Assembly (NCBI GenBank): GCA_964601625.1 | Contig: CAZROC010000002.1 | Span: 80,694-144,693 of the forward strand | Reading direction: 5' to 3' | Length of the DNA: 64,000 nt | Origin: an uncultured Thermoplasmata archaeon | GTDB lineage: Archaea > Thermoplasmatota > Thermoplasmata > JAGHBH01 | Shown here: in pieces, positions 18,603 through 28,255 of the stretch | Position numbering within the stretch: the first letter of the stretch is position 1 | How the letters are laid out: each line of letters starts with the position of its first letter | Position numbers and translations under genes: made by a program | Notes under the pieces: model-generated | What the model saw: the letters and a program-made list of their open reading frames with translations, nothing else | The model's database searches: none | What the model was told of the DNA's origin: nothing

Positions 18603-19850
18603 TTATGTTCTATACTTTTTAATAAGGTCCACATTTTCATTATACCCCCGACATATATCGTTGAGAGGGCATTCTTCACACTTTGGTTCATCATGATTAT
18701 AACAATAATTGGTACCGATATACATGAGCCCATCATCAAAATCAGCTACCGAGAATTTATATCCATCTTGATGTAATTTATAAATGAGGAGATTTGGGAT
18801 TCTTTGTATTTCCACAGATCTAGGTCTTCCCATTTTTAGAAGCTCCCGTACCACAAATAGATATTCATTGAAAATCTCTGAGTTCTGAGGAATTCCAGTT
18901 GCTTTTCTGCCTCGGATATTAGTCACCCGTATGTAATTAACTCCACCTTTACCTTTTCCTTTTTGAATTACGTCCCATTTTTCATAATCCTTTAAAGAAG
19001 CCAATTCCAGAAGGAAACCGGTTCTAAATAAAACACGCCCAGCATTACTGTCGAAAGGAACTTCATATGAGAAATCCGTCCAACCATTATCTTCCGTTCT
19101 ATGTTTTACAAGTCTAAAAATACTAACATATAATTTAGCAAATAAATGGCAGGCTTTATCACCAATCGCACTTCCGAGACCGTATCTTTCATTATCTTTT
19201 AATTGTTGGGCCATAATTTCAGCCGATGGGTATGATTCCAGATAGTCAATTAAGGGTTGTGGAGAGATCTTACGTTGTGATTCTAAATCTTTCTCTAATA
19301 GTAATGGAACACATAAAGGCACACCCCACCTATGAATTGCATAATCCAATACTTGCTTGGTTGATATTATACCACGCATAGACTGAGCAAAAAATAAATT
19401 ATATTTGCTAGGTGATGATTTATTCTCTTTGGCCCAATCTTCTGCCCGTATTTCTTTAATTGATTCATGTTTAGATAATATTTCATCAATTGAAATGCCT
19501 AGCTCTTTAAAGAAATCCATTGGTCTGTGAAATATTCTAATTTCTTGTCTGTATAAACTGGTCGTTACATTTTTCAGTAGCTCTCTAACACCAATCATAT
19601 CTGGACCTTGATCTAGTACAACATTTACTAATAAATATCTGGTCAATATTTCCCGCCTTGTGAATTTACCGTCATATTCATCGAGCTCATCATATTTTAA
19701 AGTTCCATCCTTTTTAAAGTAATGTTTGAAAGGCTCTACTTCAAAAATAGGCGGCATCTCTCTTTCTTGGCTTCCGATCTCCGCTAATCTTTTCGCAAGA
19801 TCTAAAAGGAATTCCCAATCAATCATTTTTATCACTCCATTTTTCACCAT
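18603..19850 (-). CDS. HhH-GPD-like protein with Fe-S-cluster-loop-like Cys motif (putative DNA glycosylase; candidate restriction partner of the adjacent MTase)
   Basis: 415 aa. GLGSAIGDKACHLFAKL and FDSNAGRVLFRTG resemble HhH/GPD elements. C-terminal C-x7-C-x2-C-x5-C (CYNHDEPKCEECPLNDIC) resembles the EndoIII FCL. Confidence 0.35.
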   Translation of the reverse strand: MVKNGVIKMIDWEFLLDLAKRLAEIGSQEREMPPIFEVEPFKHYFKKDGTLKYDELDEYDGKFTRREILTRYLLVNVVLDQGPDMIGVRELLKNVTTSLYRQEIRIFHRPMDFFKELGISIDEILSKHESIKEIRAEDWAKENKSSPSKYNLFFAQSMRGIISTKQVLDYAIHRWGVPLCVPLLLEKDLESQRKISPQPLIDYLESYPSAEIMAQQLKDNERYGLGSAIGDKACHLFAKLYVSIFRLVKHRTEDNGWTDFSYEVPFDSNAGRVLFRTGFLLELASLKDYEKWDVIQKGKGKGGVNYIRVTNIRGRKATGIPQNSEIFNEYLFVVRELLKMGRPRSVEIQRIPNLLIYKLHQDGYKFSVADFDDGLMYIGTNYCYNHDEPKCEECPLNDICRGYNENVDLIKKYRT

Positions 19851-20595
19851 TAACCCACTTAAATAAGCTCATTTGGACTTTAGATATTCTCTCTTTAGCA
19901 AACTCATAGTATTCAGGGACAATTTCAAACCCTAAATAGTGTCTTCCCAACATTTTAGCTACTACTGCTACCGTACCTGAGCCCAAAAAAGGATCAAAGA
20001 CTATGTCTCCCTCATCACTACTAAACAGAAGTATCTTTTTTACTAGTTCCACAGGTAATTTTGTTGGTGTTTTGATCTTTCCTGTCCAATACTCCCTATT
20101 AATTATCCATACATCTTCTGGATAATGTTCAATTTTATTGAACTTATATTTTTTCTCATCCTTAACCACAAAAAGAATATGATAATGACTTGTAACATAT
20201 TTTCTTTTTGTAAAAACTCCAAATTGATATTTCCATATTAAATGGTTTATTGTTATAAAGCCTACCTCATCCAGTGCATTAAGAATATCTTTTAGATTTG
20301 TCCACCCAGAGAAAACATACATACTTCCTGTTTTTTTCAAAATCCTATAGGCTTCTTTCATCCAATTTACTGTAAAATCATAATATTTTTCTTTGGGAAT
20401 CTCGTTATAACCTTCAAGGACCCTCTCCTGCGTCCTATTGTAATTATTACGTTTTGCTTTAAAATCAATGGCGAAAGGTGGATCTGTTACAATTAAATCT
20501 ATAGATTCTGAGGGTATGTCTTTCATTAGTTCTAATGCGTCACCACAATATATTTCGTCAATTTGAAACCTACCTATTTTTTTCGTTTCAGTCAT
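19819..20595 (-). CDS. DNA methyltransferase, beta class (N6-adenine or N4-cytosine)
   Basis: 258 aa. Motif IV DPPF (LIVTDPPFAIDF) precedes motif I FDPFLGSGTVAV, which is beta-class order. Confidence 0.75.
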   Translation of the reverse strand: MTETKKIGRFQIDEIYCGDALELMKDIPSESIDLIVTDPPFAIDFKAKRNNYNRTQERVLEGYNEIPKEKYYDFTVNWMKEAYRILKKTGSMYVFSGWTNLKDILNALDEVGFITINHLIWKYQFGVFTKRKYVTSHYHILFVVKDEKKYKFNKIEHYPEDVWIINREYWTGKIKTPTKLPVELVKKILLFSSDEGDIVFDPFLGSGTVAVVAKMLGRHYLGFEIVPEYYEFAKERISKVQMSLFKWVNGEKWSDKND

Positions 20596-20627
20596 CGTTA
20601 TACCGCATAGTAATTTTCATATTTAAT

Positions 20628-20800
20628 CCCGTCGCCCGCAATTTCGGACAACGTCTGGCGAGGTATCTGAAGTTTGCGACCTTGGGGAGCAAACTTGGGC
20701 GAAGCCACCCAACGGGTGGCAGAGCCAGATACCCGCCTGTTATACGCTCCGAACCAATAGGTGAGGACGAGGGAGCGACAGCGACCGAAGAGTCGTGAGC
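20628..20800. repeat. attC-like cassette repeat (copy 6)
   Basis: CCGTCGCCCGCAATTTCGGACAACGTCTGGCGAGGTATCTGAAG...GCCAGATACCCGCCTGTTATACGCTCC...AGTCGTGAGCAAAAGGC. Confidence 0.7.
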
Positions 20801-20873
20801 AAAAGGCAACCATCCCAACCATATAACTCTCTTAGGAATCCTTGAACCAATGTCCCTTTGCAATTCATATATT

Positions 20874-21359
20874 TTAACATTTACAATCCCACTTCTCCAA
20901 AAAGACATCATCTTGATAATCTTTAAGGGTTTTGCTATTTTTTGAAGGAGGATGTGTCCCCTTTTCAAGATTCCAAAAGCCAATTCCCGGCTTACCTGTG
21001 TCCTTTCTTATCACGATAGATGATGGATATACAGAAGGATTGGTTCTCTCTGACACCACATTGCTTACTTCACCTACTATATACCCTATTGTCTGCCTAT
21101 TTATTTTACTATGTTCCATCTTTTTGAGGCTTTCCATGAGCTCTGTGTAAGTAATACATCGTTTATGTTTAGCTGCATTTTTTATTATCTCGCAAGCATC
21201 TTCAAAAAGCTCTTTAGGTAAAGTCGTTTTACCAGACCCCATAGGAACATCTCTCCTATCACTCCATTCGCACATTTTTCTGCCTCCTTTATAGCCTCTC
21301 TTACAGGGTGGCACCACAGTAGGGACATACCTTAAACTCAGCATTAACCTCTTTTCCAC
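20874..21359 (-). CDS. hypothetical protein
   Basis: 161 aa. No recognisable motif. Confidence 0.3.
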   Translation of the reverse strand: MEKRLMLSLRYVPTVVPPCKRGYKGGRKMCEWSDRRDVPMGSGKTTLPKELFEDACEIIKNAAKHKRCITYTELMESLKKMEHSKINRQTIGYIVGEVSNVVSERTNPSVYPSSIVIRKDTGKPGIGFWNLEKGTHPPSKNSKTLKDYQDDVFLEKWDCKC

Positions 21360-21633
21360 ACTTCGGACACTTATGTTTGATCTCTTTTAGTTTAGCCCCA
21401 CAAAAAGGGCAAATAGCAAACTCCAGAGAAACCGGGTTATTACAATTAGGACATACCCCCTCTGGAAGAATCTGAGGTTGCGACGGATATTGAGGTGGTG
21501 AAAGCTGTTGAGATGAGTGTGCCTGATATTGTTGTTGGGGTGGTTGTAGCAGTGAGGCGGCCTGACGTATTTTCGCGACAAGTGTTTGTAATCTCATACT
21601 CCACAATTCTTTATTGTCTATAGTGAACACCAT
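21301..21633 (-). CDS. double zinc-ribbon protein with Gln/Pro-rich linker
   Basis: 110 aa. CPNCNN...CPFCGAKL and CPKCGK...CPYCGATL. Confidence 0.45.
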   Translation of the reverse strand: MVFTIDNKELWSMRLQTLVAKIRQAASLLQPPQQQYQAHSSQQLSPPQYPSQPQILPEGVCPNCNNPVSLEFAICPFCGAKLKEIKHKCPKCGKEVNAEFKVCPYCGATL

Positions 21634-21689
21634 AATAAATGTCTCTCTGATTTTTTTTACACCACCAAAGAAACTTTTTTTCTCGATTT

Positions 21690-22061
21690 CTAATGGCGAT
21701 TCGTAGTGTATCTCCAGACCTTCTTTTTTTCTCCCATTAAATTTTTAAACGTGCCTCGCCAAAATCCTTGTTTAGGCGTCGAGATATTTGTGATATATTC
21801 ATATGGTACATCAAACCATTGCCCCAATGCTGTACCAAATTGCTCTGCTGAATCAACTCTCATATTCGTTGCGTTTAACATTATAAGTTTTAATATAAGG
21901 ATCCTCTTATTTGTCAAGTAGATTTTTCCTATACAAGTATCATATTTTTTAAAGAATGTTCCCTTTTCAAAGTTGATCACGGATACTGAGGGATTTTCAA
22001 GTTCAAGCTTTTCTCCTTCATCTAATGCCTTATAGATACCAATAATCTCTTTTTCTGTCAT
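21690..22061 (-). CDS. hypothetical protein
   Basis: 123 aa. Confidence 0.3.
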   Translation of the reverse strand: MTEKEIIGIYKALDEGEKLELENPSVSVINFEKGTFFKKYDTCIGKIYLTNKRILILKLIMLNATNMRVDSAEQFGTALGQWFDVPYEYITNISTPKQGFWRGTFKNLMGEKKKVWRYTTNRH

Positions 22062-22096
22062 TTATATCACCACCCCTATATATTTCTTTTTTAAAA

Positions 22097-22260
22097 GCCT
22101 TTTGCTCATGATTGCGTATAACGTTTTGCGAGGTATCTGAAGCCCTGAGCCGATAGGCGAAGGGTTTAGGCGAAGGCACAGAGTGCCGAAGCCAGATACC
22201 CGCTTGTTAAGTGAGGGCGTTAGCCCCGAGCAACCTGAAGGGTTGCGAAGAGTTTGGTTC
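22097..22260. repeat. attC-like cassette repeat (copy 7)
   Basis: GCCTTTTGCTCATGATTGCGTATAACGTTTTGCGAGGTATCTGAAG...GCCAGATACCCGCTTGTTAAGTGAGG. Confidence 0.7.
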
Positions 22261-22279
22261 ATGCGTTGTGGATCTGCTA

Positions 22280-22528
22280 TCAGATTTCTGATAGCATCTT
22301 GATTAGCTCTTCTTTAGACATGTTGTTCCATAGAGATACTTTTGAGAGTATGTCGTTTAGTGTGCCTTTTGCGATCTCTCTGTGTTTTGGCACAGTTATA
22401 TTATGTTCACCTGTTTCTGTTTTCTTTCTTAAACGTACGTGGCTTCCTTTTTGTCTTATTATTTCATATCCTAATTTAGTCAATAATTTTATTAGTTTAT
22501 CTCCGCTAATGACCGGCAGCTTTGACAA
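22280..22528 (-). CDS. hicA: HicA-family toxin
   Basis: 82 aa. GSHVRLRKKTETGEHNITVPKHREIAKGTLNDIL. Confidence 0.65.
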   Translation of the reverse strand: MSKLPVISGDKLIKLLTKLGYEIIRQKGSHVRLRKKTETGEHNITVPKHREIAKGTLNDILSKVSLWNNMSKEELIKMLSEI

Positions 22529-22763
22529 TTGAATGCACCTCTATTTCTGATATTGATAGTATCCTTATATCCTCACCTTTTTCCATAAACTCTCCAAAAT
22601 GTACTTCAACGGCCCCTTTTATATTTTCCATCAGCTCATCAAGTGTTTTTCCTTGTGTGAATATATCAACTCCTATACCTCTCGCACACCAGTATTCACC
22701 GTCATTATATATCTCAAATTTTACGAGCATTTGTATCACCAAACTGTATCGCCAATTAATCAA
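22506..22763 (-). CDS. hicB: HicB-family antitoxin
   Basis: 85 aa. YNDGEYWCARGIGVDIFTQGKTLDELMENIKGAVEVHF. Confidence 0.65.
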   Translation of the reverse strand: MINWRYSLVIQMLVKFEIYNDGEYWCARGIGVDIFTQGKTLDELMENIKGAVEVHFGEFMEKGEDIRILSISEIEVHSIVKAAGH

Positions 22764-22809
22764 TTAACCAGTACTGTAATCATTGTATTTCTATTTTTCT
22801 CAACGCATG

Positions 22810-22975
22810 AGCCGAATTTCACTTAACGTCTTGGGGATATACGACGTTCGCCGATAGGCGAATGTCCCGAAGGGCGGGGCAGTAGCCCCAGCGTATATCC
22901 TCCTGTTAAGTGACCGAAGCCCGATAGGGGCTGAGGCAGGAAGCCAACGGGCTTCCGAAGAGTCGGGGGCGTATG
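22810..22975. repeat. attC-like cassette repeat (copy 8)
   Basis: GAATTTCACTTAACGTCTTGGGGATATACGACGTTCGCCGATAGGCGAA...GCGTATATCCTCCTGTTAAGTGACC. CACTTAAC and GTTAAGTG are perfect inverse boxes. Confidence 0.7.
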
Positions 22976-22992
22976 GCACTTTCACCTTTCTT

Positions 22993-24381
22993 TTATCCGT
23001 TATTTTCATAGGAGACCGCCTTTTTTGAAATATTTGTATTGATATCATTCGATTGTATAGAATCTATCCATCTCTTTGTTATTTGCAACCTTTTTCCAAT
23101 AGGACCTTTTAAAATGTTAATTGAAGTCGTCTCTGGAATTACTGTCAGCGATTGCTCAAAAGCCAACATATAATTTGCACCCAAATTGATTAATATTTCA
23201 TCATATTCTTTTTTAGATAAAAGTTGGGAAAACTCTCTATAAATGGAATATTTTAATTGCTCTGCTCTTTCTTTCGTCATTATTTGGTCATAATTACGGA
23301 TTGGGGTAAGTGGATCTATTAATCCATATTTTGCCGATAAGATCTTGATGTCTAATCCATTTTCATTTGTAAAATCTGTTATTCTTTTTCTCAATAATCT
23401 ATAAATTGGGCCATCATATAAGTTGATTGCTGGAATCAAACCTTCAACATCCCTTTTGGCTTTGGAGCATGAGACAATTAAAAGTCTATTTTTATTTAAC
23501 CACTCCTGGGATTTTGAGAGTATTTTATTATTTATAAATTCCCGCACTTGTCTAAATCTTTCCGTTTGTGCTTTCTTATCTCCACGTTTTTTTGACCTAA
23601 CATCATACTGAAAAATCCAACCTTTATAATCACTTCCAAATACAGAATGTCTAATAAATATATCTTGTCTTTTTGGGGAATAGCAACCTAAAGCAAAAAT
23701 CATCCCGTCTTGATCTATTTCTCTGATTGATGAAAGAATATCCTCTAAAAGAGATTCATCTCTGACATGCACGTATCTAGCGCTGTTTTCTTTCTTTTTC
23801 AACAGCCCTCCTATACCAATATATTTATAACCCATCTTTTTTAATTCTAAATAGCATTCTAAATAATCTTCTTTTGTAACTCCTTGAGCAACTCCCATTA
23901 AATTGAAGGTCCATTCTCTGCGATTGTATATTCTAATAGCCTCTTTTGCACTATTTAGAGTTCGTTCTTTATCTTTGAGATAATCCATAATAATTCCATA
24001 ATCTACACCGAGACTCTCATAAATTTCAAATAATTTTTCATAACTTGAATACATACACCCCTCTTTGGTAAAAACTCCAGAATCACAGATCGTAACAAGA
24101 TTTTTCTTTATTTTTTTCCCTAATTCGCATCTAGATAAATCCTGTTCATAAGGACACTTTTTATTCCCAATGACCGCACATGCTTCGGGATTCACACAGG
24201 GATATTTTTTGAACAATTCTTGAAAGTTTTTATGTGTATTTGCATGGGTCATTAAGCCATATCTTTTCCCATCTGGAGGTATAATTCCACTAATTATCCT
24301 AAGGGATGCTTGCCTATCTACAACAAAAAATGGAGTGAATGAGGAAAGACTCTTGTCCTTACTCTCTGTTCCTTGCCGCAT
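22993..24381 (-). CDS. tRNA-guanine transglycosylase (TGT)/DpdA-like TIM-barrel protein with unknown C-terminal domain
   Basis: 462 aa. ICDSGVFT (compare TGT DSGGFQ), FNLMGVAQG (compare LFGIVQGG), YIGIGGLL (compare AIGGLSVGE). Confidence 0.45.
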   Translation of the reverse strand: MRQGTESKDKSLSSFTPFFVVDRQASLRIISGIIPPDGKRYGLMTHANTHKNFQELFKKYPCVNPEACAVIGNKKCPYEQDLSRCELGKKIKKNLVTICDSGVFTKEGCMYSSYEKLFEIYESLGVDYGIIMDYLKDKERTLNSAKEAIRIYNRREWTFNLMGVAQGVTKEDYLECYLELKKMGYKYIGIGGLLKKKENSARYVHVRDESLLEDILSSIREIDQDGMIFALGCYSPKRQDIFIRHSVFGSDYKGWIFQYDVRSKKRGDKKAQTERFRQVREFINNKILSKSQEWLNKNRLLIVSCSKAKRDVEGLIPAINLYDGPIYRLLRKRITDFTNENGLDIKILSAKYGLIDPLTPIRNYDQIMTKERAEQLKYSIYREFSQLLSKKEYDEILINLGANYMLAFEQSLTVIPETTSINILKGPIGKRLQITKRWIDSIQSNDINTNISKKAVSYENNG

Positions 24382-26200
24382 TTATAATCCTCTCGTTTGC
24401 ATCGTTTGCTTTAGCAGGTATTGGAACTCCTTTCAGTCCTGTTGCATCGTGGCTTATAATAAGCCAATGCCCAGGTCTAAAAGTAAAAGTAGGGGATAAT
24501 TGTTCTTCACCTATTCCAAACGCTTCAGCTACTCTCTGCCGATCGTATGAACGGGGTAGTTTGCTAACAAAATAGGTATGAAGGTTTCCCATAACTTCTG
24601 TGTCCAGCAATGAAGCTCTTTGAGTTGAAATACCAATCCCTAAACCAAACTTTCTCCCTCTTCGAGCAAGTGTTACACAGAATTCCTTAATCTGTCGTGT
24701 CTGTTCATTCCCACCTTCTCCTGGGATGAAGATATCCGCCTCATCAAATAGAAAAAGAGTGTGCGGTTCAATTATGCCTTCTCTCCTTCTGCTTTCATAA
24801 AGCTGATTTCCCATAACTTCTGAAAATACTTTTAAGTCGGAATCTCTTCTGGCAGTAACAATTATTGTCATTTGTCTGTCCGGGTTATTCAAAGCATTGA
24901 TTAATTCTCTAGTTGATATTATTGCATTAGAAGGAATTTCTGCCAGATTTCTTCTCAGCCTCTCTAATGCCCGAATCGTCCTCTCGATAACTCCAGAAGC
25001 AGTTCCCTCTTGTGAACGATGTAACCTTGTCAATGGCCGCCTCACAGGATTTCCAATTTCATTGACGAAATCAAGTGCTTGTTGAAGAGTGTCCGTTGTT
25101 ATGGGTGTATCAAAATATCTTAGTATCCATTCATCCATAGCTTCTTGTAGAGCTTCCCGCACTGCTGGGCCAGCACGAGGATCAATTTGGTTTTGCATTT
25201 CACTTCGAATTAAAGCGGCTAAATCTTGAGCAGGTAAAACTATTCTAGTTCGATTTAACGCTGATGAAACACCCCTATCCATATAATCATTGATATCTGG
25301 ATTGTTTTTCAAACGAGATGGTAGGTTCATTTGTCTTCTTAAAAGATTTACTAAATCAGGATTTTCGCCTGGCCTATTTCCTAATTCTCGGATTATTGGT
25401 AATGGTAAAGAGTCCGTTCCCACATGGATATAATACAGATCATTTGGATGAGATACAAAATGGTCGATTAGCAATCCCAAATATTCGTCATTAGGGTCAA
25501 TGATAACAATGTTTGAATTGTCTGTTGTGTTATTCGAAAGAGAAGTAACCATTGAGGATACTAGATTTGATTTCCCTACCCCAGTAAACCCAAAAATTCC
25601 AAAATGAGTGGTTAATAATGCCTCTTTATCAAGTTTGACGTTCAGTTCTTCAAACTTTTTATGATAAAATGGAGACTCTGGTTGGTCTAACATCCCTTGA
25701 TTTATTATTGAATCCACCATTTCCATGCTAAGGGGTCTGACTTCAGCGCCTACCATCGGCAGATTTTTCTCATCAGTGAGGGAAGGTAATTCGTTGTCTC
25801 TAGGATTATAGGTAAACTGCCATCCAGTAGATACCGATTTGGCTACAATTGTAGTGGTAAGTTGAAGTGGGTGTTCCTCTTGTCTTTCCCAGTCCTCTTT
25901 AATACCTCGCATGGATTCGAATACATGCCCAGGATACGTCCCCTCACCTTGGTTAGCGAAGTGTGTAGGATATACTTGAGTAAGTGTTAAAACGGAATAA
26001 GTTTTAGAACTCCCTGACGGGGGAGTGTAGTTTTCGACAGCTACTAAGTCCCCAACTTGGAGAGCATCCAAACCTTTTCTTGTGTATTGACACCAAATCT
26101 CAAACTCAAATCTGCCCTGTTTGTCTGGAGTCATTTTCACGAGGGCGGATCGCCCTCCATATAGTTTTTCCTCATCAAATGGATTGCTCATTTTAGCCAC
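24359..26200 (-). CDS. HerA/FtsK-superfamily ATPase (HerA-like, DUF87-type)
   Basis: 613 aa. N-terminal barrel (GRFEFEIW...VGDLVAVEN), Walker A GIFGFTGVGKSN, Walker B LFLFDEADIFIP, ISTQRASLLD. Confidence 0.7.
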   Translation of the reverse strand: MAKMSNPFDEEKLYGGRSALVKMTPDKQGRFEFEIWCQYTRKGLDALQVGDLVAVENYTPPSGSSKTYSVLTLTQVYPTHFANQGEGTYPGHVFESMRGIKEDWERQEEHPLQLTTTIVAKSVSTGWQFTYNPRDNELPSLTDEKNLPMVGAEVRPLSMEMVDSIINQGMLDQPESPFYHKKFEELNVKLDKEALLTTHFGIFGFTGVGKSNLVSSMVTSLSNNTTDNSNIVIIDPNDEYLGLLIDHFVSHPNDLYYIHVGTDSLPLPIIRELGNRPGENPDLVNLLRRQMNLPSRLKNNPDINDYMDRGVSSALNRTRIVLPAQDLAALIRSEMQNQIDPRAGPAVREALQEAMDEWILRYFDTPITTDTLQQALDFVNEIGNPVRRPLTRLHRSQEGTASGVIERTIRALERLRRNLAEIPSNAIISTRELINALNNPDRQMTIIVTARRDSDLKVFSEVMGNQLYESRRREGIIEPHTLFLFDEADIFIPGEGGNEQTRQIKEFCVTLARRGRKFGLGIGISTQRASLLDTEVMGNLHTYFVSKLPRSYDRQRVAEAFGIGEEQLSPTFTFRPGHWLIISHDATGLKGVPIPAKANDANERIINAARNRE

Positions 26201-28040
26201 CTCTATTCTGCCTCAATGTTCTACTAAGGGGATTTGCACGATTTAACCTCTCAGAAGACCTAAGCATAGGTTCTACCATCTTCAGAACCGATTTTGCACC
26301 CCGGTCTGCATGATGTAAAGGATCTGGATAGCCAATTACCTCTGGGAACACATTCCTAGTTAATACTGAGAGTATATATATGGTTATTTCTTGTTCTTGA
26401 TTTTCAACTCTTTTGTCTTTATGAAAAAACGGCTCGAGGGTACCTAAATCTTGGTCTCCCTCAGTTATTTTTATCCTTCTAGGAGGAGGATTGCTAGGGT
26501 GAACCAAACGATCAACGAAAATAACATGTCCCATAATCGGTTCCATTGGTGGGTTACGACTTAAGTGAAACTGAACTAGAGACTTCATTATGAGATTTGG
26601 TGGAACTAAAACATCACCGCGAACACCTTGAATTTTAGGCTTATCTGAACCCCAATCCTTTTTCAGTCGGAGTGTCATAAAGACCGAGTCAAATTCGGTT
26701 GAACTCCAAGGCCCATTCAATTCTCCATCAATAAAGGGCAATCTTTCCAAAGTCAGTCGGTCTGTAGCAGGAATAAGTCTAGGAGTGAAATTAAATTCAC
26801 CAATATGCCGTAATACTCCAAAGTAGTGATTAGTGAAATAAGTTGAAGCAGAATCTTTTACCACGCCGATAAACATTACGCCGTTTCGCCAACACTCCTC
26901 CATAGTAAAACGTAACCCGATAGCTAATAAGAACGACAATTCATCTGAGGATAGAAATCTGGTTCTTTCTAAGCCGTTTTCATCCTCATAAGTATAAAGT
27001 AAAACCGTTGGATCTTTCTCTTTAAAGAATTGGTCAGTAAAATGTAAATACAAACGTTTTATTTTGGCTGGAGAGTTTTGATATTCGGGATTGAGACTAA
27101 GAAGGGTCCTTTCTTTTTTCACAAGAGCATCGGGTGGATTAGAATTATCATGTTTTTTTCCATATTTATCACATTCCCACAGGATCTTTAGCTGTCCTAT
27201 TACTTTTTGCAAGGGAATCTTAGTTTCCTCTGCAAATTCTGCCAAATCAAGAGAATGTTCCTCATTTTGGTAGATCTTAGCAATGGCCCTCTCCCATAAT
27301 CTGTGGGCTTTTTTCGAAGGAACATCAAGTTCTTCATTCCACGGTTTAGAGTAACCAACCAATAAATCAGGATACCATATTGTTTCCCCTGCAATTTTCA
27401 CACCAGCAAACCTAAGATTCCTAACGTTGGGTGTTGCATTGGCCAATACTGAAGATAAGGAATGGTCCCATAAAATAAGATGGGGCCTATCCAAACCTGA
27501 CGCACCTCTATAACACAAATAGTTTTCTGCTAAGAGCATAAGGGATGTGTCTAATCCGGAAATTGAGATTCTCTCCGAGTCATTCACAACGAATCTATTT
27601 TCTGGTTCAATGGTTGTCAAATCTTCAGGAGTTAATGGTAAATACGCGACTAAACTACTATCATCTTCAGGCTCCGACTCTCGATATGTGAGCAGAGGAG
27701 GATTGTCCTGAAGACCTAACTCCCCTTTAACTACGTAAGCGCCCCCATAAAAGATTGCCATATCTGCAGTCTCGATTTTCTTACATGCACCATCAATCGC
27801 CCAAAACCTCAATGTGCTACTACGGTGCCGTTGTTGCAGTTCTCGATGTAATTCACGTCTATATGCTTCATTTATAAATAAATTATAGTAAGAAACAATG
27901 TGATTTTTTAGAAATTCATCATAAAATATTTGGAGTTCTCTCGTGCCCTCTTCAATTCTCTGTTCCAACCTACTTCTGGTCTGGGATAAGGCTTTATCAT
28001 AAAGTCCAAATATGTCTGAGATCGTTTCTCTTCTAGTCAT
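26193..28040 (-). CDS. large hypothetical protein, operon partner of HerA-like ATPase (possible nuclease)
   Basis: 615 aa. Overlaps ATPase gene by 8 nt. Weak FWAIDGAC motif reminiscent of NurA DGS. No firm domain call. Confidence 0.35.
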   Translation of the reverse strand: MTRRETISDIFGLYDKALSQTRSRLEQRIEEGTRELQIFYDEFLKNHIVSYYNLFINEAYRRELHRELQQRHRSSTLRFWAIDGACKKIETADMAIFYGGAYVVKGELGLQDNPPLLTYRESEPEDDSSLVAYLPLTPEDLTTIEPENRFVVNDSERISISGLDTSLMLLAENYLCYRGASGLDRPHLILWDHSLSSVLANATPNVRNLRFAGVKIAGETIWYPDLLVGYSKPWNEELDVPSKKAHRLWERAIAKIYQNEEHSLDLAEFAEETKIPLQKVIGQLKILWECDKYGKKHDNSNPPDALVKKERTLLSLNPEYQNSPAKIKRLYLHFTDQFFKEKDPTVLLYTYEDENGLERTRFLSSDELSFLLAIGLRFTMEECWRNGVMFIGVVKDSASTYFTNHYFGVLRHIGEFNFTPRLIPATDRLTLERLPFIDGELNGPWSSTEFDSVFMTLRLKKDWGSDKPKIQGVRGDVLVPPNLIMKSLVQFHLSRNPPMEPIMGHVIFVDRLVHPSNPPPRRIKITEGDQDLGTLEPFFHKDKRVENQEQEITIYILSVLTRNVFPEVIGYPDPLHHADRGAKSVLKMVEPMLRSSERLNRANPLSRTLRQNRGG

Positions 28041-28099
28041 ATATATTGCCTCTTTGATTAGGATGATAGGCGGTCTCCCTATTTTCTTTTTCTATCAGC

Positions 28100-28255
28100 C
28101 ATACGCCCCCGATTTCACTTAACGGATTGCGGGTATCTGAAGTCGCCGAAGGCGATTTGGGTGAGGGCTGAAAGCCCGAACCAGATACCCGCTTGTTAGG
28201 CGTGGGCAATAGCCCCGAAGTGAGCGATAGCGAACGGAGAGTCGTGAGCAAAAGG
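28100..28255. repeat. attC-like cassette repeat (copy 9)
   Basis: CCGATTTCACTTAACGGATTGCGGGTATCTGAAGTCGCCGAAGGCGATTTGGGTGAGG...CCAGATACCCGCTTGTTAGGCGTGG...AGTCGTGAGCAAAAGG. Confidence 0.7.
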
